From positions 1 to 64,000 of the IMG/VR virus record IMGVR_UViG_3300002835_005179: a DNA stretch of 64,000 nt. One strand, 5' to 3'. Source of the DNA: a virus (Duplodnaviria; Heunggongvirae; Uroviricota; Caudoviricetes). A program made the position numbers and the translations under genes. The notes under the pieces were generated by a model. That model was not told the DNA's origin. It saw nothing but the letters and a program-made list of their open reading frames with translations, and searched no databases. How positions within the stretch are numbered: position 1 is the stretch's first letter; each line of letters begins with the position of its first letter. This document shows, piece after piece, positions 33,999 to 43,208 of the stretch.

Positions 33999-35056
33999 TG
34001 TTTGTAGCTCTTATCACCGACACACATTTCGGTATCAAAAATGATTCTCCTCTATTCTATGAATATTTCGATTTATTCTTAGATAATGTCTTCTTTCCGA
34101 CCATAGAACAAAAAGGAATAGACAAGATAATTCACTTGGGAGATTGTTTTGATAGAAGGAAATATGTAAATTTCAATACTCTAACATGGGCTAGATCTTC
34201 TTTCTTTGATAGAATTCAGGATATAGCCACAATGGATATTATCATTGGGAATCATGATACATATTTTAAGAATACGAATGATGTCAATTCTCCCAATCTA
34301 TTGCTTAGTGATTATGATAATATTCGCATATTTGATGATGTGTATGAAGAAGACAATTTAATATACGTTCCTTGGATTACAGAAGATAAAAAGAAAGACG
34401 TATTAGAAAAGATTTCGAAATCTTCTGCTAACATTCTTCTTGGTCATCTTGAAGTAAAAGGATATACTATGTTCAAGGGCGCAATCTGCGATCATGGTTT
34501 GTCTTCTGATATTTTCTACAATTATGATCTAGTTCTTTCAGGACATTTTCATTCTAAGAACGATTCGTCAAATATCTATTATCTTGGATGTCCTTGGGAT
34601 TTGATGTTTAATGACGTCGATGATGTTAAAGGTTTCCATATCTTAGATACAGAAACAGCTGAATTGACTTTCATTGAGAACCCATATAAATTATTTAATA
34701 AATTATATTATGATGATTCTTCTGCAAAGAAGGTTCAAGATGTTCTTTATTCTGATAAAAAATACAATTCATTAACAAAGACTTTCATTAAAGTTTATAT
34801 TAAAGCTAAAACAAACCCAGTATTTTTCGATAGATTTTGTGATCGATTAACAGAATCGAATCCTTATTCTGTAGTTTATGCTGAACAATATCTAGACATT
34901 GAAGATTCAGAAGAAGTCGCTTCACTATCAGAAGATACTCTTTCTCTTCTAAAATCTTCTATCGAAGATTATGTAGATTTAATACCTGATGATAGTAAAA
35001 TGCGAGAATTAGAAACATTATTATCAGATTTATATACCGAGGCAATAAAATCATGA
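33998..35056 (+). CDS. gp47: Recombination endonuclease subunit (gp47, Mre11/SbcD-like)
   Basis: Phosphoesterase motifs DTHFG, LGDCFD, GNHD and GHFH. Confidence 0.85.
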   Translation: MFVALITDTHFGIKNDSPLFYEYFDLFLDNVFFPTIEQKGIDKIIHLGDCFDRRKYVNFNTLTWARSSFFDRIQDIATMDIIIGNHDTYFKNTNDVNSPNLLLSDYDNIRIFDDVYEEDNLIYVPWITEDKKKDVLEKISKSSANILLGHLEVKGYTMFKGAICDHGLSSDIFYNYDLVLSGHFHSKNDSSNIYYLGCPWDLMFNDVDDVKGFHILDTETAELTFIENPYKLFNKLYYDDSSAKKVQDVLYSDKKYNSLTKTFIKVYIKAKTNPVFFDRFCDRLTESNPYSVVYAEQYLDIEDSEEVASLSEDTLSLLKSSIEDYVDLIPDDSKMRELETLLSDLYTEAIKS

Positions 35057-36774
35057 TTATATTTGAAAAAATGAAATATAAAAATATTCTTTCAACCGGA
35101 AATAAATTTAATGAAATAATATTCAATGGTGTGAAAACAAATCTCTGCATCGGAAAAAATGGTGAAGGAAAATCAACTTTTCTTGACGCATTAACTTTCG
35201 TTCTATACGGTAAACCTTTCAGAAAAATCAACAAACCACAACTAATTAATTCTACAAATAACTCAGATTTACTTGTTGAAATTAACTTTAAAATCAATAA
35301 AGATTCATACCTAATACGTCGTGGTATGAAACCAAATATTTTCGAAATCTTTACAAATAACAAGTTAATAGATCAGAATGCAATCTCAAGAGATTATCAA
35401 GAATTACTGGAAAATCATATCTTGAAGATGAATTATAAAACATTCACTCAGATTGTCGTTATTGGAAACGCAACTTACATGCCATTTATGAAGTTGAATC
35501 CAGTAGATAGAAGAAATATCGTTGAAAATCTTTTGGATATTGATATCTTCTCTAAGATGAATTCTCTTCTTAAAACAAAAGTGTCTAAGACAAAAGAAGA
35601 AATAAATGGAACTTCTTATAAACTAGATCTATCTAAAGAAAAGATGAAGATACATAAGAATCTAATTTCGAATTCAACATCAGATATTGACAAATCAATC
35701 ACAGATATCGATGCTGAAATGAGACGAAATGAATTGCAAGTAATTGCAAAAGAATTGGCTATAGATAAATTGAATAAAGAGATTCAAGAGATCATTGTTA
35801 ATGATTCAAAAATCAGTACCCTTACTTCTAAGATATCCAATCTTACACATTATTCTGTAACTTTTAAAGAAAAGATGAAGAATCTGTCGAAAGAAATTAA
35901 ATTCTTCAATACAAATGATTCTTGTCCAACTTGTACACAATCTATTCCAGAAGAATTTAAATCAACTACATTATCATCTAAAGAAAAAGAATTAACCAAA
36001 TATAATGATGCCATATCGTCCTGTAATTCTGAGATTAATAGTATATCTATCGAGATAGAAGAAATTAACAAAAATATAGAAGAGATTAAAGAAAGAAAGA
36101 CAGAAATAACAAAGAGACAATTTGAAATTGATTCTATTACACAATATATCGGTAAGTTATCAAAACAGATTAATGATTTAAGAGTTAAGAAGATTGAAGA
36201 TGTAAAGAAGATCGAAGAAGAAAAGACAATCTTAGAACAGGAATTGGAAACTCTGAATGAAGAACGTGATACTCTTCTAAATCAACAACACCTACAATCC
36301 ATTGCAGCAATTCTTTTGAAAGATGATGGAATCAAAACGAAAATTATTCGTCATTATCTTCCAGTAATGAATAAGATTATCAACAAGTATCTACAATTAA
36401 TGGACTTCTATGTCAACTTTTCACTTGATGAAAACTTCGATGAAGTCATCAAGAATAAATCAAAAGAGAATTTTACTTATCATTCCTTCTCTGAAGGCGA
36501 GAAATTAAGAATCGATCTTGCTATCCTTTTTACTTGGAGAGAAATTTCAAAGATGAAGAATGCTGCAAATACTAATTTGTTGATTCTTGATGAAATTCTT
36601 GATTCATCATTGGATGCTCTGGGTATTGATGATTTCTTGAAAATCTTATCTTCTAGTAAAGAACAAACTAATACCTTTGTTATTTCGCATAGAAGTGATG
36701 GAATTCAAGATAAATTTGAGAGAATCTATAGATTCTCTAAGGTAAATGGTTTCACTAAGATATCTATAGATTAA
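35053..36774 (+). CDS. gp46: Recombination endonuclease subunit (gp46, Rad50/SbcC-like)
   Basis: Walker A GKNGEGKST, long coiled coil with a CPTC zinc hook, and C-terminal LLILDE. Confidence 0.85.
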   Translation: MIIFEKMKYKNILSTGNKFNEIIFNGVKTNLCIGKNGEGKSTFLDALTFVLYGKPFRKINKPQLINSTNNSDLLVEINFKINKDSYLIRRGMKPNIFEIFTNNKLIDQNAISRDYQELLENHILKMNYKTFTQIVVIGNATYMPFMKLNPVDRRNIVENLLDIDIFSKMNSLLKTKVSKTKEEINGTSYKLDLSKEKMKIHKNLISNSTSDIDKSITDIDAEMRRNELQVIAKELAIDKLNKEIQEIIVNDSKISTLTSKISNLTHYSVTFKEKMKNLSKEIKFFNTNDSCPTCTQSIPEEFKSTTLSSKEKELTKYNDAISSCNSEINSISIEIEEINKNIEEIKERKTEITKRQFEIDSITQYIGKLSKQINDLRVKKIEDVKKIEEEKTILEQELETLNEERDTLLNQQHLQSIAAILLKDDGIKTKIIRHYLPVMNKIINKYLQLMDFYVNFSLDENFDEVIKNKSKENFTYHSFSEGEKLRIDLAILFTWREISKMKNAANTNLLILDEILDSSLDALGIDDFLKILSSSKEQTNTFVISHRSDGIQDKFERIYRFSKVNGFTKISID

Positions 36775-37793
36775 ATATTCATAGATATATTATATTTTTT
36801 CATTTTGTTGGTTTTGGTTTTTTCGAAGAGTAAATCTTCCTGATCTTCTACTATCTTTATAAGAACAACATCTCCGGATTGTAATCGTTCGTCAGAAAGA
36901 ACGCAAGATAACGGGATTTCAATTTTGCTAGAAATAACTCTCTTCAAATTTCTTGCACCATATTCTTCGGAAAAACCTTTTTCTATCAACCAGTCTTTTG
37001 TCTTATCTTCCATAACAAAAAAGATTTTCTTTAGATTCATCTTAGACGATAATATTCTATATTGGATATCAGATAACTGTAGTTCCAGAATCTTTTTCAT
37101 ATGTTCTGGTGTTAATGTTTCGAATTTAATTGTCACATCAATTCTATTCAAGAATTCTGGTCTAAATTTTGATCTCATCGATTTATCTAGTAGAGACAAT
37201 TCTTCTTCTTCGTCGACCTCTTTGTTAACAAATCCTATCGTTTTAGATCTTTGCACATACTCCTCAACACCAATATTTGATGTGAATATAATGAAACAAT
37301 TTCTGAAATTCACAGAATCATTATTTCCCAATCTAATTTCTCCCTTATCTAATATAGAAAGAAGTAGATTAAATAGAGAATCTGTAGCTTTCTCAATCTC
37401 ATCGAATAGAATGACATTCGGAACAACTCCTTCTACATCTTTTTTGTTGAAGAATGCTTTGGTTTCCGAGTGTCCTATATAACCAGGAGGAGCTCCAATT
37501 AATTTGGCAAGCTCATGAGATTGTTGATACTCACCACAATTTACTTTAAGAAACCTATCAACACCAAAAAACTTAGCCAATTCTTCTGCTACTTTCGTTT
37601 TCCCGCAACCAGTTTTACCAGCAAAGAAGAAAGAAGATATAGGTCGAGTTGGATCAGATAAACCATTATAGAACTTTTGTGTAGATATCGCCAATTCTCT
37701 TATGGCTTTTTCTTGACCAACAACAACATTATTCAATTTATCTTCTAATTCTTTTGCTGGTCCAGACAGATTTCTAGAGTTTAAGATCATCAT
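36771..37793 (-). CDS. Clp-type AAA+ ATPase (single ClpA/ClpB D2-like module with IGF loop)
   Basis: VVGQEKAI..PISSFFFAGKTGCGKTKVAEELA, Walker B ILFDEIEKA, sensor FIIFTSNIG, a ClpP-docking-type tripeptide in SKTIGFVNKE, and a C-terminal D2-small-like region. Confidence 0.8.
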   Translation of the reverse strand: MMILNSRNLSGPAKELEDKLNNVVVGQEKAIRELAISTQKFYNGLSDPTRPISSFFFAGKTGCGKTKVAEELAKFFGVDRFLKVNCGEYQQSHELAKLIGAPPGYIGHSETKAFFNKKDVEGVVPNVILFDEIEKATDSLFNLLLSILDKGEIRLGNNDSVNFRNCFIIFTSNIGVEEYVQRSKTIGFVNKEVDEEEELSLLDKSMRSKFRPEFLNRIDVTIKFETLTPEHMKKILELQLSDIQYRILSSKMNLKKIFFVMEDKTKDWLIEKGFSEEYGARNLKRVISSKIEIPLSCVLSDERLQSGDVVLIKIVEDQEDLLFEKTKTNKMKKYNISMNI

Positions 37794-37823
37794 GATCCTC
37801 CTGAAACTATTTATTGGTATATG

Positions 37824-38110
37824 TGAAAATGCCGCCTTCTGTTTCCAGGTGGCGGCGAACCCAGTCTTATGCTGTTTAAGCAGCAGCAGACATTACTAAT
37901 ACGTTAGTATTTGCGTTTATAGTTTACGCTGTTATGGTAGTCGTCTACCAGAAATCTACTCTCATCTATTCCTGCCAATCGATACTGATTCAGGCCCACC
38001 AAAGTATACTCTTTGTCAATATCCCCGCAGATATCATACGTTTGGTGTAGGACTCAACTTCATAGGTCGAGCGAGTATACTTTGGTGGACCTGCTGGGTT
38101 CCGCCCCCAG
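37824..38110 (-). ncRNA. ssrA: Candidate two-piece (circularly permuted) tmRNA gene (ssrA-like)
   Basis: On the minus strand:
- T-arm-like hairpin at 38094-38110.
- Acceptor 3' strand CAGGTCC plus ACCA at 38083-38093.
- 16-bp intervening hairpin, 37996-38011 paired with 38073-38088.
- Acceptor 5' strand GGGCCTG at 37991-37997, giving a G3:U70 pair.
- Tag frame GCA..TAA at 37876-37914 (ANTNVLVMSAAA).
- Terminator hairpin at 37831-37856 followed by a T-run.

The 5' boundary is uncertain. Confidence 0.65.
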
Positions 38111-38199
38111 GTCTTGCACAGTTGTTGAATCGGATCAACGATTTCAATTTTTATTTATTAGTCTTCCTCTCACCAATCCAAAAGATTCAGTCTCAAATA

Positions 38200-38469
38200 T
38201 CAAATAATTATTTGTGCCATCATTATACCAATGTCTTGTGTTTCCCAAACCATCTCTTCTGCCGTTTCACTGAAAATGCCCATAGTCTTTTCTAATTCCT
38301 CAATAGCAATATTCTTATTTGTAATTCTATTTTTGGTAGAAAACGAATCTATAACAAGACCCGTTGTTAAATGTATTAACCTGACACCAGCTGGATTCTC
38401 ATTCAATTTTTGATCTGGTGTCAGGAAATATTCAAATGTACACTGTGTGTTAATCGTGTGAATATTCAT
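38200..38469 (-). CDS. Hypothetical protein (about 89 aa)
   Basis: Track ORF 38200..38547, trimmed to the internal MNIHT start to limit overlap with ORF 38450. Confidence 0.35.
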   Translation of the reverse strand: MNIHTINTQCTFEYFLTPDQKLNENPAGVRLIHLTTGLVIDSFSTKNRITNKNIAIEELEKTMGIFSETAEEMVWETQDIGIMMAQIII

Positions 38470-38923
38470 CCACATCAATTTGACCATTACGATATACATT
38501 AATCTCTGCATGATCACCAAACATTTGACGAAGATCTTCATCTTCAAACATAGATAGAAGTTCGTCTACTTCATTATATGCCTTCTTTATTGAATCGATC
38601 GAATCGAAAGAAAGATCTTCAAGATCAATCTCTTTACTATATTGTTCGTTATTCAAAGTCCAGTTATCAACATGATCACAAGAGTTATTGAATCTATAAT
38701 AATCTCGATTAACACCAAATACACAAGTGTCACCATCATTGAAATAAGGTGTATATTGATTCCAAGAAAATGAATTCAATTGTGGATTGTCATTGAAGAT
38801 ATCTTTTGTGATATCACCAAATACACTCTTTGCGTTATCTCGTAACATCTTCATATGTTCGTCACGAATTACCTTAAATTCATTAATCTTTGCAATAAAT
38901 TCATTCTTAGTCATATTAATCAA
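38450..38923 (-). CDS. Hypothetical protein (157 aa)
   Basis: Track ORF lying in the gene-dense leftward operon. Confidence 0.5.
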   Translation of the reverse strand: MINMTKNEFIAKINEFKVIRDEHMKMLRDNAKSVFGDITKDIFNDNPQLNSFSWNQYTPYFNDGDTCVFGVNRDYYRFNNSCDHVDNWTLNNEQYSKEIDLEDLSFDSIDSIKKAYNEVDELLSMFEDEDLRQMFGDHAEINVYRNGQIDVDEYSHD

Positions 38924-39311
38924 TCCTCATTTTATTAGTTACAGTTTTTGCAATTTTCTTGTGAGAAGAAGGAACAGTGTCTTTACCAGCATTCATCCAA
39001 GATCTATATTCCATTTCTTCCAAATAATCAGAAGCATTTGGAATATATCGATTACCAAAATCCTCTAGGATATGTTGCTCACCAATATCCCTGACAGATA
39101 CATTCCGACCATCAGAATTTTTGATATTCACCCCAAATATTTTTTCTAAGATAGTTGAAAGAAACCAAGAATTATGAGTTAATGCACGATGACGATTATC
39201 TGACATCGCACCCTTCGACGAATCCATCAGATTATGGATATCAAAATAATCTTCTGGAACACCACCAAACTTCTTAGCAGAAGATACTGCGTGAATCCAA
39301 GGTTTTGCCAT
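38916..39311 (-). CDS. Hypothetical protein (131 aa)
   Basis: Track ORF that overlaps its neighbour by 8 nt. Confidence 0.5.
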   Translation of the reverse strand: MAKPWIHAVSSAKKFGGVPEDYFDIHNLMDSSKGAMSDNRHRALTHNSWFLSTILEKIFGVNIKNSDGRNVSVRDIGEQHILEDFGNRYIPNASDYLEEMEYRSWMNAGKDTVPSSHKKIAKTVTNKMRID

Positions 39312-39324
39312 AATTTATTATACC

Positions 39325-39870
39325 TTATTCAATTGTTCTAGTCAACTTGAACCCGACAGTTCCGCCTTCTGATTTAATTTTAGCACAGACTTCTTCGAAA
39401 AGAATCGGTGCATACTCAGTGTGTTCGACGCAGACATTATGATATCTAATATCTGGAATATTATTGACGTGGAGATGGCCATGAATATTACATCCAAATC
39501 TACCAAGCGATTCATTATGAACTGGAATATGACTCAAGATCATACCATTCATCACATGATACGAACGAATGTCACGAAAATATTCTGTGTAATCCGACAA
39601 CTTGAAGATATCATGATTGCCACGAATCAAGATCTTATCTCCATTCAGTCTAGATAAAATTTTAAGGTTCTTTCTAGAAATGACAACATCGCCTAGATGA
39701 TAGATCTTATCATTTGGTTTGACTCTTGCATTCCAAGCTTCAACCATATATTCATCCATTTCTCCGGCCGAAGAGAACGGTCGCATCGGCGACCCGTCTT
39801 CCCTCTTAAATACTGTACATGTTTTCTCGTGACCAAAGTGGGTGTCACTAATTAACCAAACTGAAGGCAT
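39325..39870 (-). CDS. Calcineurin-like metallophosphoesterase
   Basis: Motifs SDTHFGH, HLGDV, RGNHD and GHLH. Confidence 0.75.
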   Translation of the reverse strand: MPSVWLISDTHFGHEKTCTVFKREDGSPMRPFSSAGEMDEYMVEAWNARVKPNDKIYHLGDVVISRKNLKILSRLNGDKILIRGNHDIFKLSDYTEYFRDIRSYHVMNGMILSHIPVHNESLGRFGCNIHGHLHVNNIPDIRYHNVCVEHTEYAPILFEEVCAKIKSEGGTVGFKLTRTIE

Positions 39871-39878
39871 AATTTTCT

Positions 39879-40253
39879 CTATAGATCCTTTTCTAAATTC
39901 TGATTAACATGATTCCACGTTCCACATCCAAATGCATTTCGTGTTTCTTTAAGAATACAACTGTATAAAGAATCGTATTCGTTTCCCCTATAAACATACT
40001 TATCTGTTTCTTTGTTGAACGTAATCGATTCTTTAAATTTATCTGCTTCTATGAGCATATTTAATAAGATGTTATATTTTTCAAGTAAGTTTGCAGCATT
40101 CTTTTGTTCATCTTCAGTTGCGCAACCAGATTTCAATTCAAAATATACATCCCAAACACCCGCAGATGTGATAGAATCAATTGTATGTTGTTCTTTGTTG
40201 AGAACAACAATCATTCTTTGTTTTAATGCTTCTATTCGTTTAGATTGTGACAT
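39879..40253 (-). CDS. Hypothetical protein (124 aa)
   Basis: Track ORF. Confidence 0.45.
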   Translation of the reverse strand: MSQSKRIEALKQRMIVVLNKEQHTIDSITSAGVWDVYFELKSGCATEDEQKNAANLLEKYNILLNMLIEADKFKESITFNKETDKYVYRGNEYDSLYSCILKETRNAFGCGTWNHVNQNLEKDL

Positions 40254-41017
40254 TATCGATTCGCTTCCGGATTAATACGATTGATATAATCAAGAGCATC
40301 GTCTACAGAGTTGAAGACTGGACGCCCATAAGCATCAATCTGGCACTTGCCAAGAATAAACTTCGGACCATAGACATCAAGACTCAGATCACAAGAGCCA
40401 TTTTTGAACGACAACCGAACGAACTCTTTTCCGGAACCAGAAACCTTATTCAAAGTCGAATAGAGTTGGAGCTTTTCTGACTTATTCTGAAGGATATACT
40501 CAACAACTTCATCACGAGTCATGTTCTGACGCATTTCACGAGGATATCCGCCATCCGTACGATAGACGATAACCCAAGCAGAACCTGAAAGACCATAACC
40601 AGAACCAGTGATCTTGGCATAAGCTGGAGCCATTTCTTGTTTTTCTACGAAACCAAGCTGCTTCTGTTTCCTAGAATTTTCACCAACAGGCAGGAAAATA
40701 CCAGTAAATTTATCGGTCTTAGGATCAACAATCGCCCAAACTGAACGGAACGACTTCCCGAAACCACGATATCGATCACGAACTTGAATGATCTTAGCAG
40801 GAACTCGTTCACCAGTCTTGGCATTGAACAGACCAGGAAACGAAGAAACCCAACCAGCATCCGCCAATTCAGCTAAAGTTTGATTCAGATTCGAGCTGAT
40901 ACCAGAAGCCCATTGTGAAAGAAACCCATCGGTATCGCACCGATCGAAAGAATCTTCACGATCCTGGATATTGCGAGCAGCCATTTGGCGATACTCATCA
41001 GCAGTAAGCTTTTCCAT
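40253..41017 (-). CDS. Hypothetical protein (254 aa)
   Basis: Track ORF, visibly GC-richer than its neighbours. Its ATG lies 6 nt after a TATACT -10 element. Confidence 0.5.
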   Translation of the reverse strand: MEKLTADEYRQMAARNIQDREDSFDRCDTDGFLSQWASGISSNLNQTLAELADAGWVSSFPGLFNAKTGERVPAKIIQVRDRYRGFGKSFRSVWAIVDPKTDKFTGIFLPVGENSRKQKQLGFVEKQEMAPAYAKITGSGYGLSGSAWVIVYRTDGGYPREMRQNMTRDEVVEYILQNKSEKLQLYSTLNKVSGSGKEFVRLSFKNGSCDLSLDVYGPKFILGKCQIDAYGRPVFNSVDDALDYINRINPEANR

Positions 41018-41023
41018 ACATTC

Positions 41024-41051
41024 AGTATACCGTATCCTTCGTCTGAATCAA
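41024..41051 (-). promoter_or_regulatory. Sigma70-like promoter TTGATT-N16-TATACT placed 6 nt before ATG
   Basis: Minus strand reads TTGATTcagacgaaggatacggTATACTgaatgtATG. Confidence 0.55.
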
Positions 41052-41060
41052 AGTTTTTTC

Positions 41061-41236
41061 AGAACTATATTCTCTTTATTTTCAATAACTTACGGTAAAT
41101 CGTTGATTCTAAACGAGATATTCTTCCGAAGAATATTCTCTTTGTTTTCAATGACTTGTTGCAAGTCATTCATTTTAAACGGAATATAATTTACAAAAAA
41201 CTTTGATTCGGATCTCCAATAAGGTATAATGGTTAT
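41061..41236 (+). promoter_or_regulatory. Conserved promoter cassette, copy B (one partial plus one full unit)
   Basis: The partial unit spans 41061-41129 and the full unit spans 41130-41236. The dyad AATGACTTG-ttg-CAAGTCATT is at 41150-41170. TATAAT is at 41225-41230 and the ATG at 41237. Confidence 0.65.
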
Positions 41237-41626
41237 ATGAAGAAGAGAGAAACCGCTAAAGAAAAACGTGAACGATTGGCTCTTGAAGAGCAAATTCGAA
41301 ATGATAATGAATGGCTTGAATTGAAGAATCAGTATCCAACCATCCTTTTGGATTTCGTGTTCGTCTTCTCGAAGCTTCCTAATTACGAAGTAAACAAGCA
41401 CGAAGCAGTATATTCCTTCACTGATCTTGTATATGATTCTCCATTCTTTCTTCCGATTGTCTTACCCAATGATTATGATTTTGATGTGATCTTCGAAATC
41501 CAAAGAATGAATGATTATCTCGAAGAAATTCGCCTGAAAGAAGAGTACGAGAAAGAGAAGAATCGAAAGATCTATGCTGCTCTTGCTAAGTTAACCAAAG
41601 AAGAAAAAGAACTGTTGGGTCTGTAG
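41237..41626 (+). CDS. Hypothetical protein (129 aa)
   Basis: Track ORF. The ATG lies exactly 6 nt after TATAAT. Confidence 0.5.
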   Translation: MKKRETAKEKRERLALEEQIRNDNEWLELKNQYPTILLDFVFVFSKLPNYEVNKHEAVYSFTDLVYDSPFFLPIVLPNDYDFDVIFEIQRMNDYLEEIRLKEEYEKEKNRKIYAALAKLTKEEKELLGL

Positions 41627-41704
41627 AATCGACATCGTCTTCGGAGAAAGAAATGAAACAAACAATCAATATTAAATATCGTGTTGATTTAATCGAATCT
41701 GAAC

Positions 41705-42154
41705 GTGGCTGGGCCAAACATTATTTTTGACCAAATACTTCGAAATATGATCTGGGAATCGATCTTTCTCAAATATTGTGATTATGCAAAAACCAAATTG
41801 AATGTATCGGATATTACTATATTTGTAAATGAAGAACAAGAATCATTATTTGAGAAGATCGATTTCTTCGTTGATGGGTGTGTATTTATTGAAGATGATT
41901 GGACAATAATAGATTTATACACCGAATCATATGATCGTTACGATTTACTATTATGTGTGTTGATTCACGAAATTGGTCATGTTATCTGTTGGAATAAATA
42001 TGGTTACGATCATACTGAAGAAGATGCTTGGGATAATGGTGGATCTATCTTAGAACAAAACGAAATTCCGGAATGTTTTGATCTGGTGAAAGTTGAGGCT
42101 TTGAGTAGTTATGCTAGAATTGCAAAAATTTCTGAACACGAATTTTGGCGATAG
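41705..42154 (+). CDS. Small HExxH metallopeptidase-like protein
   Basis: LIHEIGHVICW..HTEEDAW is paralogous to ORF 57777. The start is uncertain (GTG 41705 or ATG 41747), and a 25-codon ORF at 41653-41730 overlaps in another frame. Confidence 0.5.
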   Translation: MAGPNIIFDQILRNMIWESIFLKYCDYAKTKLNVSDITIFVNEEQESLFEKIDFFVDGCVFIEDDWTIIDLYTESYDRYDLLLCVLIHEIGHVICWNKYGYDHTEEDAWDNGGSILEQNEIPECFDLVKVEALSSYARIAKISEHEFWR

Positions 42155-43208
42155 GCTTCGTCTGTCAAGCGAATATGGTGTGTATTCTAAACAACACAAT
42201 CAATATCCAAATCTGTACCAATTCACTTATGATCAGATTGAATCTTCGAAGATCAAAGATCATCCGATCGTGCGAGAATCTCGTGGTATTATCCTGGATC
42301 GTGATGCCTCTTGGTCGGTAGTTGCTCGTCCTTTCGATCGATTCTTTAATTGGGGCGAGAATGTCACTGAAGTTAACTTTGATTGGTCTTCCTTTGTAGC
42401 ACAAGAAAAGATTGACGGATCATTAATGATCCTATACAATTATCTTGGTAAATGGAATGTTGCCACCAAAGGTTCTCCTGATGCGAATGGTACTATCGGT
42501 GATAATTCGTTCACATTCGCTGAGTTATTCTGGGAAACCTTCAAACAACAAATGTATTCTGTTTCTGATCTAGATCCTAGAAATACATATATGTTTGAAT
42601 TGACTTCAAAGTATAATCGTGTAGTTACTTCTCAGTTGAATAACGAAGGCAAGTTAACTCTAATTGGTGTTCGTGATAATAATACTGGTCAAGAGTTTCC
42701 AGTTTCTTTGTACAAAGATATCTTCGATGTGGTTCGATCATATGATATGAATACTATCGATGAGATCTTAATTGCAGCAAAAGAACTCGATCCTTCTAAA
42801 CAAGAAGGCTTCGTTCTAGTTGATAAGAACTATAATAGAATCAAAGTTAAGTCAGAGAAGTATGTTTTGATTCATCATCTGAATTCTGGTAACGTTCGCC
42901 GCAGCTTACTAAATCTTTGGAAATCAGGAGATTCGGAAGAGCTATTATCATATCATACGGAATTTCGAAATGAATTTAATAATTTAGATGCGTCTATTCA
43001 TTTATTATGCCAAGAAATAGACAATGGATGGTCGATGACAAAACACATCATTGATAGGAAAGAATTTGCTTTAACTGTTAATCAATACTACAAACATATT
43101 TCATCTGCCCTTTTTATGAAAAAAGATAATAAATTGAAAAATACAATAGATTATTTTAAAAATATGGATATTAAAAAATTAGAAAAAATATTAGACTTTG
43201 TTATCTGA
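42111..43208 (+). CDS. rnlA: RNA ligase 1 (T4 RnlA-like)
   Basis: ESRGIILD..ARPFDRFFNWGEN and the adenylylation motif QEKIDGSL parallel T4 Rnl1. Confidence 0.8.
   Translation: MLELQKFLNTNFGDRLRLSSEYGVYSKQHNQYPNLYQFTYDQIESSKIKDHPIVRESRGIILDRDASWSVVARPFDRFFNWGENVTEVNFDWSSFVAQEKIDGSLMILYNYLGKWNVATKGSPDANGTIGDNSFTFAELFWETFKQQMYSVSDLDPRNTYMFELTSKYNRVVTSQLNNEGKLTLIGVRDNNTGQEFPVSLYKDIFDVVRSYDMNTIDEILIAAKELDPSKQEGFVLVDKNYNRIKVKSEKYVLIHHLNSGNVRRSLLNLWKSGDSEELLSYHTEFRNEFNNLDASIHLLCQEIDNGWSMTKHIIDRKEFALTVNQYYKHISSALFMKKDNKLKNTIDYFKNMDIKKLEKILDFVI

Noticed and set aside
36925-37482. Antisense ORFs inside large genes, for example 36925..37482 (+), 9811..10149 (-), 29255..29659 (-), 12..332 (-), 6078..6452 (-), 17071..17412 (+) and 62781..63092 (+).
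   Set aside because: Each lies wholly within a well-supported gene on the other strand. They have low-complexity or Ser/Ile-rich composition typical of AT-rich antisense frames.
37824-38110. Standard one-piece tmRNA, MITE-like inverted-repeat element, retron msr/msd, or the protein ORF 38013..38207.
   Set aside because: - One-piece tmRNA: pairing GGGGGCG at the 5' end with CGCCGCC at the 3' end fails at position 3, and the CCA-ended acceptor strand lies upstream of its partner, which fits a permuted gene only.
- Retron or MITE: no reverse transcriptase or transposase is nearby, and the 16-bp stem includes the CCA and G1-G2 of the acceptor.
- ORF 38013..38207: it has no ribosome-binding site and lies antisense to the flanking operon.
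40971-41401. ORFs 40971..41189 (+) and 41090..41401 (-) in the divergent intergenic region.
   Set aside because: They are composed of the repeated promoter cassette sequence, or lie antisense to ORF 41237, and have no ribosome-binding site. The region is better explained as regulatory DNA.
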